A DNA stretch of 36,800 bases, from contig JAZREH010000070.1 in assembly GCA_045660705.1 (NCBI GenBank), positions 1 to 36,800 on the forward strand. Direction: 5' to 3'. Below are positions 8,492 to 18,219 of the stretch, piece after piece. Under the pieces are notes generated by a model. It saw only the letters and a program-made list of their open reading frames with translations. It was not told where the DNA came from and made no database searches. Source of the DNA: Acutalibacteraceae bacterium (lineage in GTDB: Bacteria > Bacillota > Clostridia > Oscillospirales > Acutalibacteraceae). The stretch's first letter is position 1, and the number at the start of each line of letters is the position of its first letter. The position numbers and the translations under genes were made by a program.

Positions 8492-10654
8492 TTACTGTCT
8501 AATTAAATACCACATCTGTGAATTCCAACCGCTATCATCGGTCGAAACGGTTATACCGTCGCGAAGTTGTGCGCCCGTATAGGTCTTTTGACCGATTTCG
8601 TCGAAGTATGTAGCATTTTCAAGTGCCTGTGCGACCTTGAGTGTTACACTTCGTGAATCCTCCTCGGCATTTCGCTGCAAGAACGAAAGCAGGATTCTAT
8701 CCCTTTCGTCGTCGGTATAGTAATACGCGCTGATATTGGTTTCATAGGGGTTCATTATACTGTAATATTCGCCCCTTAAAATCAAATCTTCATACTTACG
8801 GTAGTTTTCAATCTGTACCTTTACTGCCGCGCGTAATTCATCGCTTGCATTGGGCAGATGCAGTTCATAACCGAGCGCGCCGCCCAGCGCAACCTCATAG
8901 ATATGTTTAAGGTGTTCGGGAATCTCACAATCGTTTATGTGCGCTACATGGCAACTCATTGTCGAAGCAGGATATGCCAACATTGATGAATACTGTATCA
9001 TAATACGCTTGTGGCAGTTGGTATTGTCGCTGGTCCAAATCATTGTGCTGTACTTCATCATACCGAGGTCGTAACGGCCGCCGCCGCCCGAACAGTTTTC
9101 AATCATTGCGTTCGGGAACTTTTTCCTGAACCATCTGAACAGGTCATAAACGCCAAGCATATAGCGGTATGCCGCCTCGCCCTGACGGTCGGCAGGAAGT
9201 ACGGTAGAACCGACCTGTGACATATGACGGTTCATATCCCACTTAAAGTAGTCGATTGAAACACCGTCAAAGGTTTTTGAGAAGATATCTTTAAGATAAT
9301 CGAGCACATCGGGATTGCCCATATCAAGCACCAACTGTGCGCGTGACAGCATTCCCTCCCTGCCCTTACATTGAACACACCATTCGGGGTGAGCACGGTA
9401 AAGGTCAGAGTCGGGATTAACCATTTCGGGTTCAACCCAGATACCGAACTTTATACCGTAAGATTTCATCTTGTCAACAAAGGGTTTAAGTCCGTCCTTG
9501 AACTTATCCCTGTTTTCGTACCAGTCACCAAGTCCTGCTCTATCATGGTTACGCGCGCCAAACCAACCGTCGTCCATAACCACCATATCAATGCCGCAGT
9601 CTGCCGCAGTTTCGGCAAAGCGCAACAGTTCGTTTTCATCGATATCGAAATAGCAGGCCTCCCAAGTGTTAAGAACAACAGGGCGCTTTTCAAACGGTTC
9701 GGGCGGAAGAATGTGACCGCGTGTAAACTTATGAAAATTTCTGGACATCTTGCCGATTCCCGAATCGGAATATGTCATAACCGCCTCAGGAGTTACAAAG
9801 GTTTCACCCGCGTTAAGGCACCACTCAAAATTCTCGCTGCCAAGACCTATCTGAACGCGTGCACAGCCCGTCTGGTCAACCTCGACCTCGTCAAGGAAGT
9901 TTCCGCTGTAAACAAAGTTAAATCCGTAGACATCGCCGCTTGCCTCGTCGGCATCCTTGCCACAAAGCGCAATAAACGGGTTGAACTGATGGCTTGATGC
10001 ACCGCGGCGGCTTCCAACACTTTGGTTACCGAAAAACAGCGGTACACGCTGATAGTTACGTTCATTAACGTGGGCGCCGTAAAGACTTATCATATCAAAG
10101 TTATGGTCGGGCAAATCAAGTGTCAAACTCATAATCTTCTTAATCGAAACCCTGTCGTCACCGTTATTTGTAACCGTAACATAGCGTGAAATAACATCAC
10201 AATCGGCAAAAACCGTATAGTAAAGTTTTACCTCAACCTTTGTCAGTTCATCCACAAGTGTCAGTTCAAGTGTTTCGGTATTTTCATCGGCATCGGCAAA
10301 CGGCAATCCCTCAAGTTCAAGTCGACCGCTGAAAATGCGATAATCTTTATATGTAAGAAATGTTGCACAGTCGCCGTTTGCATTTTGAATTTTAATAGAC
10401 GGGGTGCGGAAATCACCGCTGTCAAATCCGGAATATTCAGACAGACAGGTATCAGCAAGATAACCACTACCCTCATCCGCTGAATAAGGAGAAAAAGACC
10501 TGAATTTGCACTCAAAATCTGCAATTTCTGCGCTGGCTTTTTTTCCATAATACAAATGTACGGGATGCTTTCCGTTAACTATCTGAAAAGCGTATTTTGT
10601 ATTAAGGGTTTCTATAGTAAATATACCCTTTTCAGAACTATAAAAAATAGACAT
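8492..10654 (-). CDS. GH36 alpha-galactosidase (cytoplasmic)
   Basis: 720-aa ORF with no signal peptide. GH36 hallmarks present: DYFKWDMNR (KWD nucleophile motif), CSGGGGRYD, MIWTSDNT. AAGGTGG lies 5 nt before the ATG. Confidence 0.9.
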   Translation of the reverse strand: MSIFYSSEKGIFTIETLNTKYAFQIVNGKHPVHLYYGKKASAEIADFECKFRSFSPYSADEGSGYLADTCLSEYSGFDSGDFRTPSIKIQNANGDCATFLTYKDYRIFSGRLELEGLPFADADENTETLELTLVDELTKVEVKLYYTVFADCDVISRYVTVTNNGDDRVSIKKIMSLTLDLPDHNFDMISLYGAHVNERNYQRVPLFFGNQSVGSRRGASSHQFNPFIALCGKDADEASGDVYGFNFVYSGNFLDEVEVDQTGCARVQIGLGSENFEWCLNAGETFVTPEAVMTYSDSGIGKMSRNFHKFTRGHILPPEPFEKRPVVLNTWEACYFDIDENELLRFAETAADCGIDMVVMDDGWFGARNHDRAGLGDWYENRDKFKDGLKPFVDKMKSYGIKFGIWVEPEMVNPDSDLYRAHPEWCVQCKGREGMLSRAQLVLDMGNPDVLDYLKDIFSKTFDGVSIDYFKWDMNRHMSQVGSTVLPADRQGEAAYRYMLGVYDLFRWFRKKFPNAMIENCSGGGGRYDLGMMKYSTMIWTSDNTNCHKRIMIQYSSMLAYPASTMSCHVAHINDCEIPEHLKHIYEVALGGALGYELHLPNASDELRAAVKVQIENYRKYEDLILRGEYYSIMNPYETNISAYYYTDDERDRILLSFLQRNAEEDSRSVTLKVAQALENATYFDEIGQKTYTGAQLRDGITVSTDDSGWNSQMWYLIRQ

Positions 10655-10693
10655 ATCAAAACCACCTTGATTCGGGTTATTACAATTAAAATA

Positions 10694-10723
10694 ATTATAT
10701 CATAAACCCGCTTGTTTTAGCAA
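10694..10723 (-). promoter_or_regulatory. promoter of the GH36 gene
   Basis: On the minus strand: TTGCTA (10723..10718), 18-nt spacer, TGaTATAAT with TATAAT at 10699..10694 (extended -10). It sits ~40 nt upstream of the ATG and directly downstream of the terminator at 10776..10803. Confidence 0.6.
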
Positions 10724-10775
10724 CCCCAAAAGAAAAAATTGTATAATTTTTAAAACTTTACCCAACTTTTTTAGC

Positions 10776-10803
10776 AAAAAAACCGCCTTTTCGGGCGGTT
10801 TTT
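10776..10803 (-). terminator. intrinsic (bidirectional-type) terminator ending the GH43-Doc/GH35 transcription unit
   Basis: AAAAAAACCGCC (10776..10787) / GGCGGTTTTT (10794..10803) with loop TTTTCG. Read on the minus strand the hairpin is followed by a T7 run. Confidence 0.8.
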
Positions 10804-10858
10804 AATTTAAATTTAATTTTTTTCAAGCATTTTAATGTAAAAGCCTTCGCTGTCACCG

Positions 10859-11026
10859 TCAGCGGCGCACTGCATAATCAGGTAGCAAATACCTGTCGGG
10901 CACTATCATCACATCGCGGCGCGAGTCACTAAGCAGCGTTGCAACAACAGGCGCACAAATATGCTTTAAAATGTCCTTTTGGTCGCCGTTTAATCGGTTT
11001 TTAAGAATTTTAAGGTAAGAATGCAT
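10859..11026 (-). CDS. small hypothetical ORF (55 aa), possibly frameshifted
   Basis: ATG at 11026..11024, 22 nt after the GH35 stop. Translation is MHSYLKILKNRLNGDQKDILKHICAPVVATLLSDSRRDVMIVPDRYLLPDYAVRR. A +1 frame continues with AADGDSEGFYIKMLEKN, ending ~20 nt before the terminator. I recognise no family. Confidence 0.25.
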   Translation of the reverse strand: MHSYLKILKNRLNGDQKDILKHICAPVVATLLSDSRRDVMIVPDRYLLPDYAVRR

Positions 11027-11047
11027 AATTAAATTCTTCGCTCTTAA

Positions 11048-13141
11048 TTAAAATTTCAGTTGGTGCACCTGCCTTACCCTTACATCAAAGCCGAGCAGTT
11101 CACAGGCATCCTTTCCGTCTTTGCGCGGATCGTACTGAAGATAAAGGTCCTTATCTGACTTTAGTTTATCAATCACAACCTCAATCTGACGCGGGAAACC
11201 GTAGCGGGCAAGCCCCACAGTAAACGGCACGCTGTTATAGTAGTTATCGGTAGCGCAAAGACCGTCTACAAACGTGGTTATATAGTTACCCTCAAACTCA
11301 ATGCCAAGATAAATATCCTCGGGCAGTACGCCGTCGTATGAGAGTGCTACCCCATACCGCTTGTTATCTTCTGCCGTTTCAATAAGACTAAATGAAGCGT
11401 CAACCTTACAGTCAAGGTATTCATCCTTTTTGTATACGGCAAAGTCGCCGTCGTCGTCAAATCTTGTATAACCGACAGGCGCCTTATCAAAAGCGGGATA
11501 AACCTTTAAAACAGGTCTTTCGGTACTGTAAACCTTAACGCCGTCGGGCATCGAAAGTACCGTTGCTTTTGAAATTATGCAGTAATCTTTACCGCCGATA
11601 TTAACCTTTTGGGCGTGTTCGGCATCATCGCGCGAAATCCACAGACAGTTTGCGTTTGTGGGTTTCTTTTTATATTCAAAAACGGGAATATGTTCGCCAT
11701 AGAAGATATAATCAGTACCGTTAAGCACGCAAAGTGGGGTTGCCGTCGCAAACTTCAGCACACCGTCACCCACAGGCATATTAACAGGCCACATAAAATA
11801 CTGACCGTCTTTTACGTCAATTGCGGGGAAAGTAACCGTTTCGTTATCAAGTTCAACCGACAATATAACGTCCTTATGCTCCTTCATCTGATAGTGACGC
11901 TGATAGTTGTTTACAAAAAGGAATCCCCTATCCGCATCGCGCCTTACGGTGGTGCGGAGTGTTTCAAAATCAGAAGCCTCCTGTGGAACATTATCGGGCA
12001 GGAAAACATGCATCGGGCATATATCCTTGCCAAAATCGTTAAGCATACGGCATATCATACGTAGCTCACGGTAGCGGCTGTTGGTCTGACCAAACTCACC
12101 AATTGGTGCCTGAAAATCATAACCGTATTTAGGAAGTGTTGAAAGACAACCTGTAACCCCTTTACGGTTAGGCGTTTCTTCGAGGGTTGTAAGTATTCCG
12201 CGCGGATTGGTGCCGCCGTGATACATATAATAACCCAAAAGATTTGCACCGCTGCCAAGTCGGCAGAGTGTAATCGCACCGACATCCTTACCCTCAATTA
12301 TCGGGCGGCGGCGGTCGGTTATCTGACAACCTCCGCCAAGTTCTGCCGTCATATAGGGCTGACCCGCTGTACCGCCTATTACTTTGTTTCCGAAATTGGC
12401 ATTATTTGCGGCAATGCCCTCGTCGTTTCGGTTAAGACCGAACAGATATCCACTGCTTGGCGGAAGTTCATCAGAGGACGGTATCCACGGTTCGGCAGGG
12501 TATCCGCCCCAGACTTCAAGCAGACCTCCTGTTGCGGCATCACCCCAGCCTGTTGCGGTATATATTGGCACATCAAAACCGATTTCACGTGCCATATTAT
12601 AAAGACCCTTTATGTACGGGTTACCCGCTTCACCGCTTATGCCACCGCAAATGGTGTTATATTCATTGCCTATTTGAACACCGATAATGGGTCCGCCGTC
12701 CTTAAAGAAAAGTCCCTCGACCTGTTCATAAAGTTTCTGATAATACTTTCTTGCCTCGGCAAAGTAGGGTTCATTATAACGCCTTAGTTCAAATCCCTCC
12801 CTTTCGGCTTTATCAAAAAGCCAATCGGGGAATCCGCCGTTTCGCACCTCACCGTGTACCCAAGGTCCGATACGCAAAAACATATACATCCCCGCATCCT
12901 TAACCTCGTTTGCAAAGGCGCGCAAATCTTTATTGCCCGTAAAGTCGTAACGACCCTCGATTTCCTCGTGGTGTATCCAGATGTTATAGCAGGCAACAAT
13001 CTCTACACCGCCCGCTTTCATCGTATAAAGCGAGCGTTTCCAATGCCGTCTTTCGGTACGGGAATAGTGCATTTCACCCATAATCGGGAGCCACGGCTTG
13101 CCGTCCTTTTCAAAATAATAATCGTTATAACCTATATTCAT
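11048..13141 (-). CDS. GH35 beta-galactosidase (cytoplasmic)
   Basis: No signal peptide. The GH35 N-terminal TIM-barrel pattern is present: DGKPWLPIMGEMHYSR..GVEIVACYNIWIHHEEIEGRYDF..FLRIGPWVHGEVRNGGFPDWL..GGPIIGVQIGNEY. I place the start at ATG 13141 (AAGGGTGG upstream) rather than the GTG at 13150 in the ORF track. Confidence 0.85.
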   Translation of the reverse strand: MNIGYNDYYFEKDGKPWLPIMGEMHYSRTERRHWKRSLYTMKAGGVEIVACYNIWIHHEEIEGRYDFTGNKDLRAFANEVKDAGMYMFLRIGPWVHGEVRNGGFPDWLFDKAEREGFELRRYNEPYFAEARKYYQKLYEQVEGLFFKDGGPIIGVQIGNEYNTICGGISGEAGNPYIKGLYNMAREIGFDVPIYTATGWGDAATGGLLEVWGGYPAEPWIPSSDELPPSSGYLFGLNRNDEGIAANNANFGNKVIGGTAGQPYMTAELGGGCQITDRRRPIIEGKDVGAITLCRLGSGANLLGYYMYHGGTNPRGILTTLEETPNRKGVTGCLSTLPKYGYDFQAPIGEFGQTNSRYRELRMICRMLNDFGKDICPMHVFLPDNVPQEASDFETLRTTVRRDADRGFLFVNNYQRHYQMKEHKDVILSVELDNETVTFPAIDVKDGQYFMWPVNMPVGDGVLKFATATPLCVLNGTDYIFYGEHIPVFEYKKKPTNANCLWISRDDAEHAQKVNIGGKDYCIISKATVLSMPDGVKVYSTERPVLKVYPAFDKAPVGYTRFDDDGDFAVYKKDEYLDCKVDASFSLIETAEDNKRYGVALSYDGVLPEDIYLGIEFEGNYITTFVDGLCATDNYYNSVPFTVGLARYGFPRQIEVVIDKLKSDKDLYLQYDPRKDGKDACELLGFDVRVRQVHQLKF

Positions 13142-13152
13142 AAAAACCACCC

Positions 13153-14022
13153 TTATTTAAGTATGTTAAAATAATGTTCCAAAAATGAATCTCTATCAGC
13201 CGATACAGCAACCCTGCAACGCGATTCTGCGGTGGGGTCGCCCTCACGAAGCACCGTAAATCCCCTTGCAGGACCCTCTCCAAGAATTACCTGCGGAATA
13301 CCGTTTACATATTTGCATATGCTGTCGTCAAGCGCAACCGCACCCGCAAGCGGGTCGTGGAAGATAACCTGATTACGCCATGCATCAAGCAGGTCATATA
13401 CAGGCAGAAGATTCTTCTTTTTAGTGCAACGCTCTTTCATTTCCTCGTGAGGAATAGACACCGTAAGGGTAACATCAAGCGGCACAACCGTAAGCCTTTT
13501 ATAACGCGCCCTGAAAACCGCCTCGGCGGCTTCGGGATCGCATTTTATATTCCATTCATCGTGACATTTTGTACGGAAATCGCCGCCCATTATAACCACT
13601 TCATCAAGCAGTTCAGCATCATCGGGATACTGCGCAAAAAGCAGTGCAATATTGGTAAGCGGTCCAATACAAAGCAGGGTAATCTCATTTGGATTTGCAT
13701 TTATTTTCTGATGCAAAAACTCGACCGCCGAGATATCGGCAAAGTCCTCGCTGTACTTCCACTTGCCGATTTTTTCGCTCTGTCCGGCAAGTTGCTGTGG
13801 TGAACTTGCCATACACAGCGGCTTTTCATTACCGACACAAATCGGTATATCCTTGCCGGCCTGTGTGCATAAAACGCTTGCAATCTTGGCGCGCTCGTAC
13901 GGCTTGCCCGTAACGGTGGTTATGCCAAGCAGGTCACACTCATCATTAGAAAGCAGATAGGACAGGCAGAGTGCATCGTCGATATCATAGCCGATATCGG
14001 TATCAAGCAATACTTTTTTCAT
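13153..14022 (-). CDS. inosine-uridine-preferring nucleoside hydrolase family protein (cytoplasmic)
   Basis: 289-aa ORF. The N-terminal aspartate cluster VLLDTDIGYDIDDA (DxDxxxDD) and CIGPLTNIA are typical of the IUNH family. Its ATG overlaps the stop of the upstream GH43 gene (TGATG). Confidence 0.85.
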   Translation of the reverse strand: MKKVLLDTDIGYDIDDALCLSYLLSNDECDLLGITTVTGKPYERAKIASVLCTQAGKDIPICVGNEKPLCMASSPQQLAGQSEKIGKWKYSEDFADISAVEFLHQKINANPNEITLLCIGPLTNIALLFAQYPDDAELLDEVVIMGGDFRTKCHDEWNIKCDPEAAEAVFRARYKRLTVVPLDVTLTVSIPHEEMKERCTKKKNLLPVYDLLDAWRNQVIFHDPLAGAVALDDSICKYVNGIPQVILGEGPARGFTVLREGDPTAESRCRVAVSADRDSFLEHYFNILK

Positions 14023-17000
14023 CAGAAAACCCCCAAAAGATGTTTTTTAAGTTTAGTCATATCGGCAACATCGACCGAATAGTTTCCGTCGATATCCGCC
14101 GCCTCAACTGTGATTTTCGTACCCTGTACAGCAAGATGTTTTTTAACCCTTACAAGGTCACGTATATCAATATCGCCGTCATCGTTGGCATCGTAAAGGT
14201 CGACACCCTGCGGCATATAATAATACGCGGCGGTAACAGAAGGTGAAGGCCCTGCATTTTTGACGGTATAGGATAATTCCTCGCTTACGCGCGCACCGTC
14301 AATTAAAAAGCCAACAAAACGGTAGTTTTCACCCGCGGGCGAAATATTCTTCTTCACCGATACCGTTATATCCTCGCCGCGTGTGGCAAGCGCCTTTTCG
14401 GGATAAAGCACAACACCGCCGTAATTTACGGTAAGATAGTTTGGTGTGCCCACGCGCATAATACGAAGATTTTTTAATGTCACAGGACAGTCCACAGTCG
14501 AATAATCAAGCCGCAGATAGAGTCTGCCGTCGGTTACATTTATCCCGTTTACGGTAAGTCGGCGGGTATAGGTAGCACCGCCCGAAAGCAGACTGCTACG
14601 CATCTCGCCCGATGGACTTGCAGTCGGGTTTGCCTTTAGTATACAACTGCCGATACCGTCACATGCCGAAACATCTACACTTACGCAGTATGTGCCGTTT
14701 GCAAGGCCTGTAAACTGCTTGTGAACATACCCCGACACTCCGTTATTTAGTGTGACGGTTTCATTTTCGTCACCTGTTACATGTGACGGCTCACTAAACG
14801 ACATGGCATCAAACCCAATATTGGTTACCTTGTCAAAATCATACTCGTTTTTAAGCACAGGCGATGCAACATCGCCCTGCTTGCCCGAAAACGCCATACG
14901 CAACAACTCAATACCGTCAACTTCGATTTTAGCGTTACTGTCGGTATTTGAATACCACATCATAACCGTGATACTGTTATTTGTAACCGCGATATTGTCA
15001 ATCGTTCTGACAGTCCAATCCTCAAAAACCGACTGTGCAAGTTGGTCGTAATACTCCTTACCTCCGACATTTGCCATAAATTTGGCACTTTTCTGACCCG
15101 CAGTATTCTTTACATAAAAACGCAGAGAATAAACGCCGTTTGGAACGGTAATCGGACCGGTAGAGATTGCGGTGCCGCTTGTCGTACCGCTTATGCGTAT
15201 GTGACTGTTACTCTTAATCCCGCCATAGCGAAGCGACAGATTTGCGTGTGCGGCAAACTTTTCGTTGGGGACTTCAATCGACATATCACATAGCGTATCC
15301 TGTTCGGGTATAAACATAATATCCGAAAATTCCATACGCCTGTCATCCGTCGCCGTTGGTGCCCAGTTTTCAATATCAATCCTTGCGTTGCCGTCGGTCA
15401 ATATAATATCTTTTATCTCAACTGTTGTTTCATCGGTAAAGTTATTACTTGGCGTCAGTTTAATCTGCTGTTTTTGACCCGATGGCGTAACAACGCGGAT
15501 ATATGTGTCATTATTAAGTCTGCCCTTTAGTGTCGCCTTAAGGGTATAGGTACCCTCGGTTACAGGAACGGTTGCCGAAATAAGGGTGTTTAAAAACGGA
15601 TTGTTCGGGTTTTCGTACCGTCCGCGCGCATCAACCGTCATAACAAGTTTTTTACCGAATATATTTTCGGGTGACTCAACACACTCGACAAACCCGTATT
15701 TAAAGCCATTTCCCGAGAATCGGGCAGGGTCAACCTCAATCTTGTGTGTGTGGTCGCTGACCGTTACAAGTTCGGGTGTTGCCGTTTCTTCAAGCCCCGT
15801 TTCTGGGGTGATGTTTATACCTTCAAACACGCTGTTTGCGTAGACACTTCTGACACCGACACTGCCGAGTGTATACGGGTCGCGTTTGTCAGCATAACGA
15901 AGCACCTGCACCCCGTCAAGATAGACCGTAATAACATTTCCAACCGCCGACACCTTAAGTTTTGCCGACCTGCCCGCCGTCACATTACATTTAGCAGTAG
16001 CAAGTGTAGTATACTCGGTAATTCGGTGTTTTTCGAGGATAATCTGTCCGTCCTCGATACCGACATAGTAGGCACGCTGGAAATACGCATCGCAAAGGTA
16101 CGGACTTTCACGAAGACCCGTTAAAACAGAGGTCGCGCGGAAAATAAAGCCCGCACTGTCGCCCTTGTTTAATGTTACATTGCCCTCTATTGAGTAATCG
16201 CCCCAACCGCTGTCGCCGACCAGCGCTTTACCGAAAGACTCGGCATTGCTGTATACCATTTTGCCGTCAGTTACCTGCGGTTCGGTTTCATATACCGTCC
16301 ACGCATCGGTATTGTTCGCGGCGTTTGTATATGCAGAAGATTTGCTGTCGGCAAGGACATTAACCTCGTAAAGTTCACCCGAACCCTTTGCAAAAAAGAT
16401 ACCAAGTGTCTGTTTACCTGCCGAAAGTTTTATATTTCGTATCGAATATGTGTTATATCCGTCGAATGAGTTACCGTCGGCGGGGATAACGACGCTCTTT
16501 ACAGCCTTGCCGTCCTGCATTACACAGACGGTTAAATCCTCAGCCAGTCGGTTAAGTTTCAAATCAACGGTGTATGTGCCGCTTTGACGGGCATTTATTT
16601 TGTAACTGAGCATCTGACCCGCATTTACCGAAACAGCGTTTCCGAGTTCTTCACCCGATGCATCGCATACCATAAAGCCGTCATTTATATTATTTGCCTG
16701 AACGGCTGGAATCTTTGACGGTACGGGTTTTACGCTTTCATATTCGCAACTGCCGTATGTTTTTCCGCTGAACGCAGTAAAGCCGCACTCGGCACCGCTT
16801 TTGCCGATAAAGTAACCGATTTTTCCGCCGTTTACGGTGTCATTGTGGGTTATGCGCTCTACCCCGTCCAAAAGACCGTAAATGTTGTCGGCATCCTGCT
16901 TTATAACGATACTGTGAAGTGATTCATACGCAAAGGTATCATTTAGTGCGGATGTTTTTGTCCAGACCGCCTTGCCGTCAACAAATTTCTGTATAACAAA

Positions 17001-18200
17001 GACCTTGTTTGCCTTGTCGATATATGCGCGACCGTAATTCATTGAGTCAACATAGCCAAATGTTACATATGAAACATCGGTTTTGTTCTTTAAATTAAAT
17101 TCTGCGCTGAATATATCGCCCGTCGTTTGTTTAGTCAGCAAGGTTGCACCCGCCGAAAGGGACAAAAGCCCGTCCTTTGCGGTGGCGTTACCGCTGTTTG
17201 TCCAACTGTTAAGCGTAGCATCCTCAAAATAATCGTAAAAATCGGGCAGTTGGGGACCGTCAATTTCGTGGGTAGTAGGACCCTGAACGCAAAGTTTTTC
17301 ACCGTTAAAGGTAAGTTTATCAAGGTTTATACGGCGCGAGAAAGACGCACCCCTTACATTGTATGAATTATGATAAACAATATAGTATGTATCAAGGTCG
17401 GGGCCGACAACGATACCGTTATGACCAAGACCGACATTGTCATCACCCTCGGTATTAAGCAGTACTATATTGTCGTTTTCCTCGGTAAAATTGTCGTCAA
17501 GATTGTGGGAATATGCGTATTCAACGCGGTAATTCTTTTCCCACACCTGATTACCTGTATAGGTAAGGTAGTATACACCCTTACGCTTGAACATCGTGGG
17601 ACCCTCGGTCCAGCGCATTTCGGGGCGGGAGTTTGCAATACCCGCATTATACTTATAATACGGTTGCGAATAGTCGGTGGGACCCGACATTTTCTTGACC
17701 CTTACACCGTTAAATTCACCGCATAAGAAGTAAAGGGTGTTATCGCCGTCCATAAAAACTGTGCCGTCGATATAGTTTTCATCAAGTTTTTCGCTGATAA
17801 CGGTAAATGGGCCTGTGGGCGAATCACTGACATAGAAATAGTGACCCAATCCCATGGGCGAGCCATACATATAAAACTTACCGTCTATGTAGTATACTTC
17901 GGGCGCATACAGATTGTCGTATGCGGGGTTGTCGGCGGGTTTGCCCGCCATAACATCGCCGTAAAAATCCCAGTTTATAAGGTCGCGCGATGACCAGCAG
18001 TATGTAATAGAATAACTTACCGCATAAAGGTAGTAAACACCGTTGTACTTCATTATATACGGGTCGCCGATTTGATTGCCGACCTTGTTCGGTTCGGTGT
18101 TTGTCGGTGGCACAATCGAGTTTTTATACGCCCCGACAGGAATACCGCACACAATCAGCATTGTAAATGACAGGAACAATGCGTACATTTTTTTTAACAT
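14022..18200 (-). CDS. secreted multi-modular GH43 glycoside hydrolase with CBM-like modules and a C-terminal type-I dockerin
   Basis: Signal peptide MLKKMYALFLSFTMLIVCGIPVGA. The GH43 propeller has the three catalytic-residue contexts GDPYIMKY, YIDGTVF and WTEGPTMF. It is followed by a LamG/ConA-like module, a CBM6/35-like module (SGTYTVDLKL), a second LamG/DUF1080-like module (WGDYSIEGNVTL..GFIFR), three beta-sandwich modules with the NG-Y signature (TEGTYTLKATLKG, PNGVYSLRFYVKNTAGQ, ANGTYCVSVDVSACDG), an InlB-B-repeat-like segment, and the dockerin. Confidence 0.85.
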   Translation of the reverse strand: MLKKMYALFLSFTMLIVCGIPVGAYKNSIVPPTNTEPNKVGNQIGDPYIMKYNGVYYLYAVSYSITYCWSSRDLINWDFYGDVMAGKPADNPAYDNLYAPEVYYIDGKFYMYGSPMGLGHYFYVSDSPTGPFTVISEKLDENYIDGTVFMDGDNTLYFLCGEFNGVRVKKMSGPTDYSQPYYKYNAGIANSRPEMRWTEGPTMFKRKGVYYLTYTGNQVWEKNYRVEYAYSHNLDDNFTEENDNIVLLNTEGDDNVGLGHNGIVVGPDLDTYYIVYHNSYNVRGASFSRRINLDKLTFNGEKLCVQGPTTHEIDGPQLPDFYDYFEDATLNSWTNSGNATAKDGLLSLSAGATLLTKQTTGDIFSAEFNLKNKTDVSYVTFGYVDSMNYGRAYIDKANKVFVIQKFVDGKAVWTKTSALNDTFAYESLHSIVIKQDADNIYGLLDGVERITHNDTVNGGKIGYFIGKSGAECGFTAFSGKTYGSCEYESVKPVPSKIPAVQANNINDGFMVCDASGEELGNAVSVNAGQMLSYKINARQSGTYTVDLKLNRLAEDLTVCVMQDGKAVKSVVIPADGNSFDGYNTYSIRNIKLSAGKQTLGIFFAKGSGELYEVNVLADSKSSAYTNAANNTDAWTVYETEPQVTDGKMVYSNAESFGKALVGDSGWGDYSIEGNVTLNKGDSAGFIFRATSVLTGLRESPYLCDAYFQRAYYVGIEDGQIILEKHRITEYTTLATAKCNVTAGRSAKLKVSAVGNVITVYLDGVQVLRYADKRDPYTLGSVGVRSVYANSVFEGINITPETGLEETATPELVTVSDHTHKIEVDPARFSGNGFKYGFVECVESPENIFGKKLVMTVDARGRYENPNNPFLNTLISATVPVTEGTYTLKATLKGRLNNDTYIRVVTPSGQKQQIKLTPSNNFTDETTVEIKDIILTDGNARIDIENWAPTATDDRRMEFSDIMFIPEQDTLCDMSIEVPNEKFAAHANLSLRYGGIKSNSHIRISGTTSGTAISTGPITVPNGVYSLRFYVKNTAGQKSAKFMANVGGKEYYDQLAQSVFEDWTVRTIDNIAVTNNSITVMMWYSNTDSNAKIEVDGIELLRMAFSGKQGDVASPVLKNEYDFDKVTNIGFDAMSFSEPSHVTGDENETVTLNNGVSGYVHKQFTGLANGTYCVSVDVSACDGIGSCILKANPTASPSGEMRSSLLSGGATYTRRLTVNGINVTDGRLYLRLDYSTVDCPVTLKNLRIMRVGTPNYLTVNYGGVVLYPEKALATRGEDITVSVKKNISPAGENYRFVGFLIDGARVSEELSYTVKNAGPSPSVTAAYYYMPQGVDLYDANDDGDIDIRDLVRVKKHLAVQGTKITVEAADIDGNYSVDVADMTKLKKHLLGVF
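14025..14198 (-). other. type-I dockerin module of the GH43 enzyme
   Basis: Two Ca-binding F-hand repeats: DANDDGDIDIRDLVRVKKHL and DIDGNYSVDVADMTKLKKHLLG. Confidence 0.85.
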
Positions 18201-18219
18201 AGGAAAACCCCTTTTCTTT

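Noticed and set aside
9371-9997. Long plus-strand ORFs antisense to the glycosidase, array and permease genes (9371..9997, 12218..12787, 20118..20609, 21718..22257, 22297..22875, 28598..29185 and many shorter ones).
   Set aside because: All lie wholly inside strongly supported minus-strand genes and have no SD sequences. Their products are low-complexity or Cys/Arg-rich. In the repeat gene they simply mirror the sense-strand periodicity, which is typical of shadow ORFs.
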